Positions 62,944 through 64,000 of a stretch of 64,000 bases of DNA are shown here, one piece after another. Numbering within the stretch: the stretch's first letter is position 1; each line of letters begins with the position of its first letter. Origin of the DNA: Selaginella moellendorffii (Eukaryota; Plantae; Lycopodiophyta); assembly GCF_000143415.4 (NCBI RefSeq), contig NW_003314375.1, forward strand, positions 1 to 64,000, given 5' to 3'. The notes below the pieces were generated by a model, which was given only the letters and a program-made list of their open reading frames with translations, had not been told where the DNA came from and made no database searches. The translations under genes were made by a program, and so were the position numbers.

Positions 62944-63321
62944 GAACAAACAGCAAACGAATGAACGCTACAAAAGAAGAGACGAACGAACCTTCTCTTC
63001 CGGACGAATAAAAGCTCCCACCATTCGTGGGAAGCACCATACAGGTTTTTCATTTTTTTCTCCTTCTTCGTTTTTTGGCACCTAGCACTGCAAAAGAAAA
63101 AAATAAGTAAAAAAGATTGTCGTTTTTGACAGGATCAACAAAAAGCTTACTTGTTTAACAGTAGAAAAGAGTTCTTGACGAAACCAGCAGCTAACTTCAC
63201 GCTGAAGTGACAGCTCGTTTCACCGCAAGGAACGTTCGGAACTTTCCCTGGCCGCTTCCACAGATTTCCATGCACGAACATAAAACCATGTCCTGGAGCA
63301 AACGAGCTCCAAGGAAGAAGA

Positions 63322-64000
63322 ATGTCGTCGTTGAGTTTGATCTTCTCGAGAGATGTCGAGGCCGGCAGAGCGATGGTTTTCCACGAGCAAGGAGCGACGA
63401 GCATAGAGATGGAGTCCCCGTTCTCACCCGCTGGAGCAGCGCCTTCCTCCGGCAGCCTGCGAGAAAAGAGCGTGAGAAAGCCATCGCCACCACCACCGGA
63501 GCACGAACTCATACTTGTAGCTTTGAGGCTCTCGGTGCTGGAGAAGGCCGCGAGTGGGCTGGGAGTCGTGGCATTCGTCTGGGCGACGGTGGTTTTGCTT
63601 GGGGGATTCGTCACCAGCCTGGAGGCCAGGGATTTCTGGATCATCTCCGTGCTGCTGCTCACCGAGGGGACGCGAGTTTTCAGCCGGAGCCACGAGCTGG
63701 AGTGGCAGCAAGCTGCACCGAGGATTTCCATTAGAACACGAGCAAAGTCGATCATAAACCATACCCGGCCAACCATCTTTGGAAGCTCCTCGCAGCCGGA
63801 TCTAGTCCCTGCTCACAAGCCCGAGACAAAGTTGTCAGATAAGAATTCGAGCGATCAAGGCGCAAGCTTTTTCACTGCCAACCGAATCAGTGCTCTCCTT
63901 TACGTCATGCAACTCGCGTCGGCTCTCGTCTGCGTTGGGTTGTCGGTCACTCGACTTTCCACTGCAGAGCTCAGCGGAATTTCCACCAAGAACAAGAACC
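63322..64000 (+). CDS. BLE2-like membrane/ARM-repeat protein, 5' part (runs off the window)
   Basis: PEHELILVALRLSVLEKAASGLGVVAFVWATVVLLGGFVTSLEARDFWIISVLLLTEGTRVFSRSHELEWQ is the conserved N-terminal block of this plant family. The frame is open to the window end, so it is absent from the ORF track. Confidence 0.8.
   Translation, partial: MSSLSLIFSRDVEAGRAMVFHEQGATSIEMESPFSPAGAAPSSGSLREKSVRKPSPPPPEHELILVALRLSVLEKAASGLGVVAFVWATVVLLGGFVTSLEARDFWIISVLLLTEGTRVFSRSHELEWQQAAPRISIRTRAKSIINHTRPTIFGSSSQPDLVPAHKPETKLSDKNSSDQGASFFTANRISALLYVMQLASALVCVGLSVTRLSTAELSGISTKNKN

Overview
Eukaryotic, non-seed land-plant nuclear DNA. Very short (~50-60 nt) GT-AG introns, tight gene packing, a hemerythrin-class GST and PLS-type PPR fragments suggest a lycophyte such as Selaginella (inference). 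The left half (1-~33 kb) is rich in repeats and gene fragments. It holds: a spliced gene fusing a ParB-like domain to a prokaryote/phage-type beta-class amino (N6A/N4C) DNA methyltransferase, lying just inside a probable CACTA right end; a decayed L1-like LINE; a Ty3/gypsy relic lacking RT; several inverted or direct local duplications; tRNA-Pro(AGG); an alpha-carbonic anhydrase; and two intact stand-alone subtilase-propeptide (I9) genes. The right half (~33-64 kb) is gene-dense: subtilase, CAMK-group kinase, TraB, two head-to-head macrodomain paralogs, a GOLD-domain protein, a GH17/X8 remnant, a 77-bp palindrome, a degraded Crinkler/FunK1-like kinase, F-box/kelch, lumazine synthase, GST-hemerythrin, RopGAP and a partial BLE2-like ARM gene. 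The best candidate for a novel system is the transposon-borne, intron-containing ParB-DNA amino-methyltransferase at 146-4110. All assignments come from motif recognition by eye; no database searches were run.
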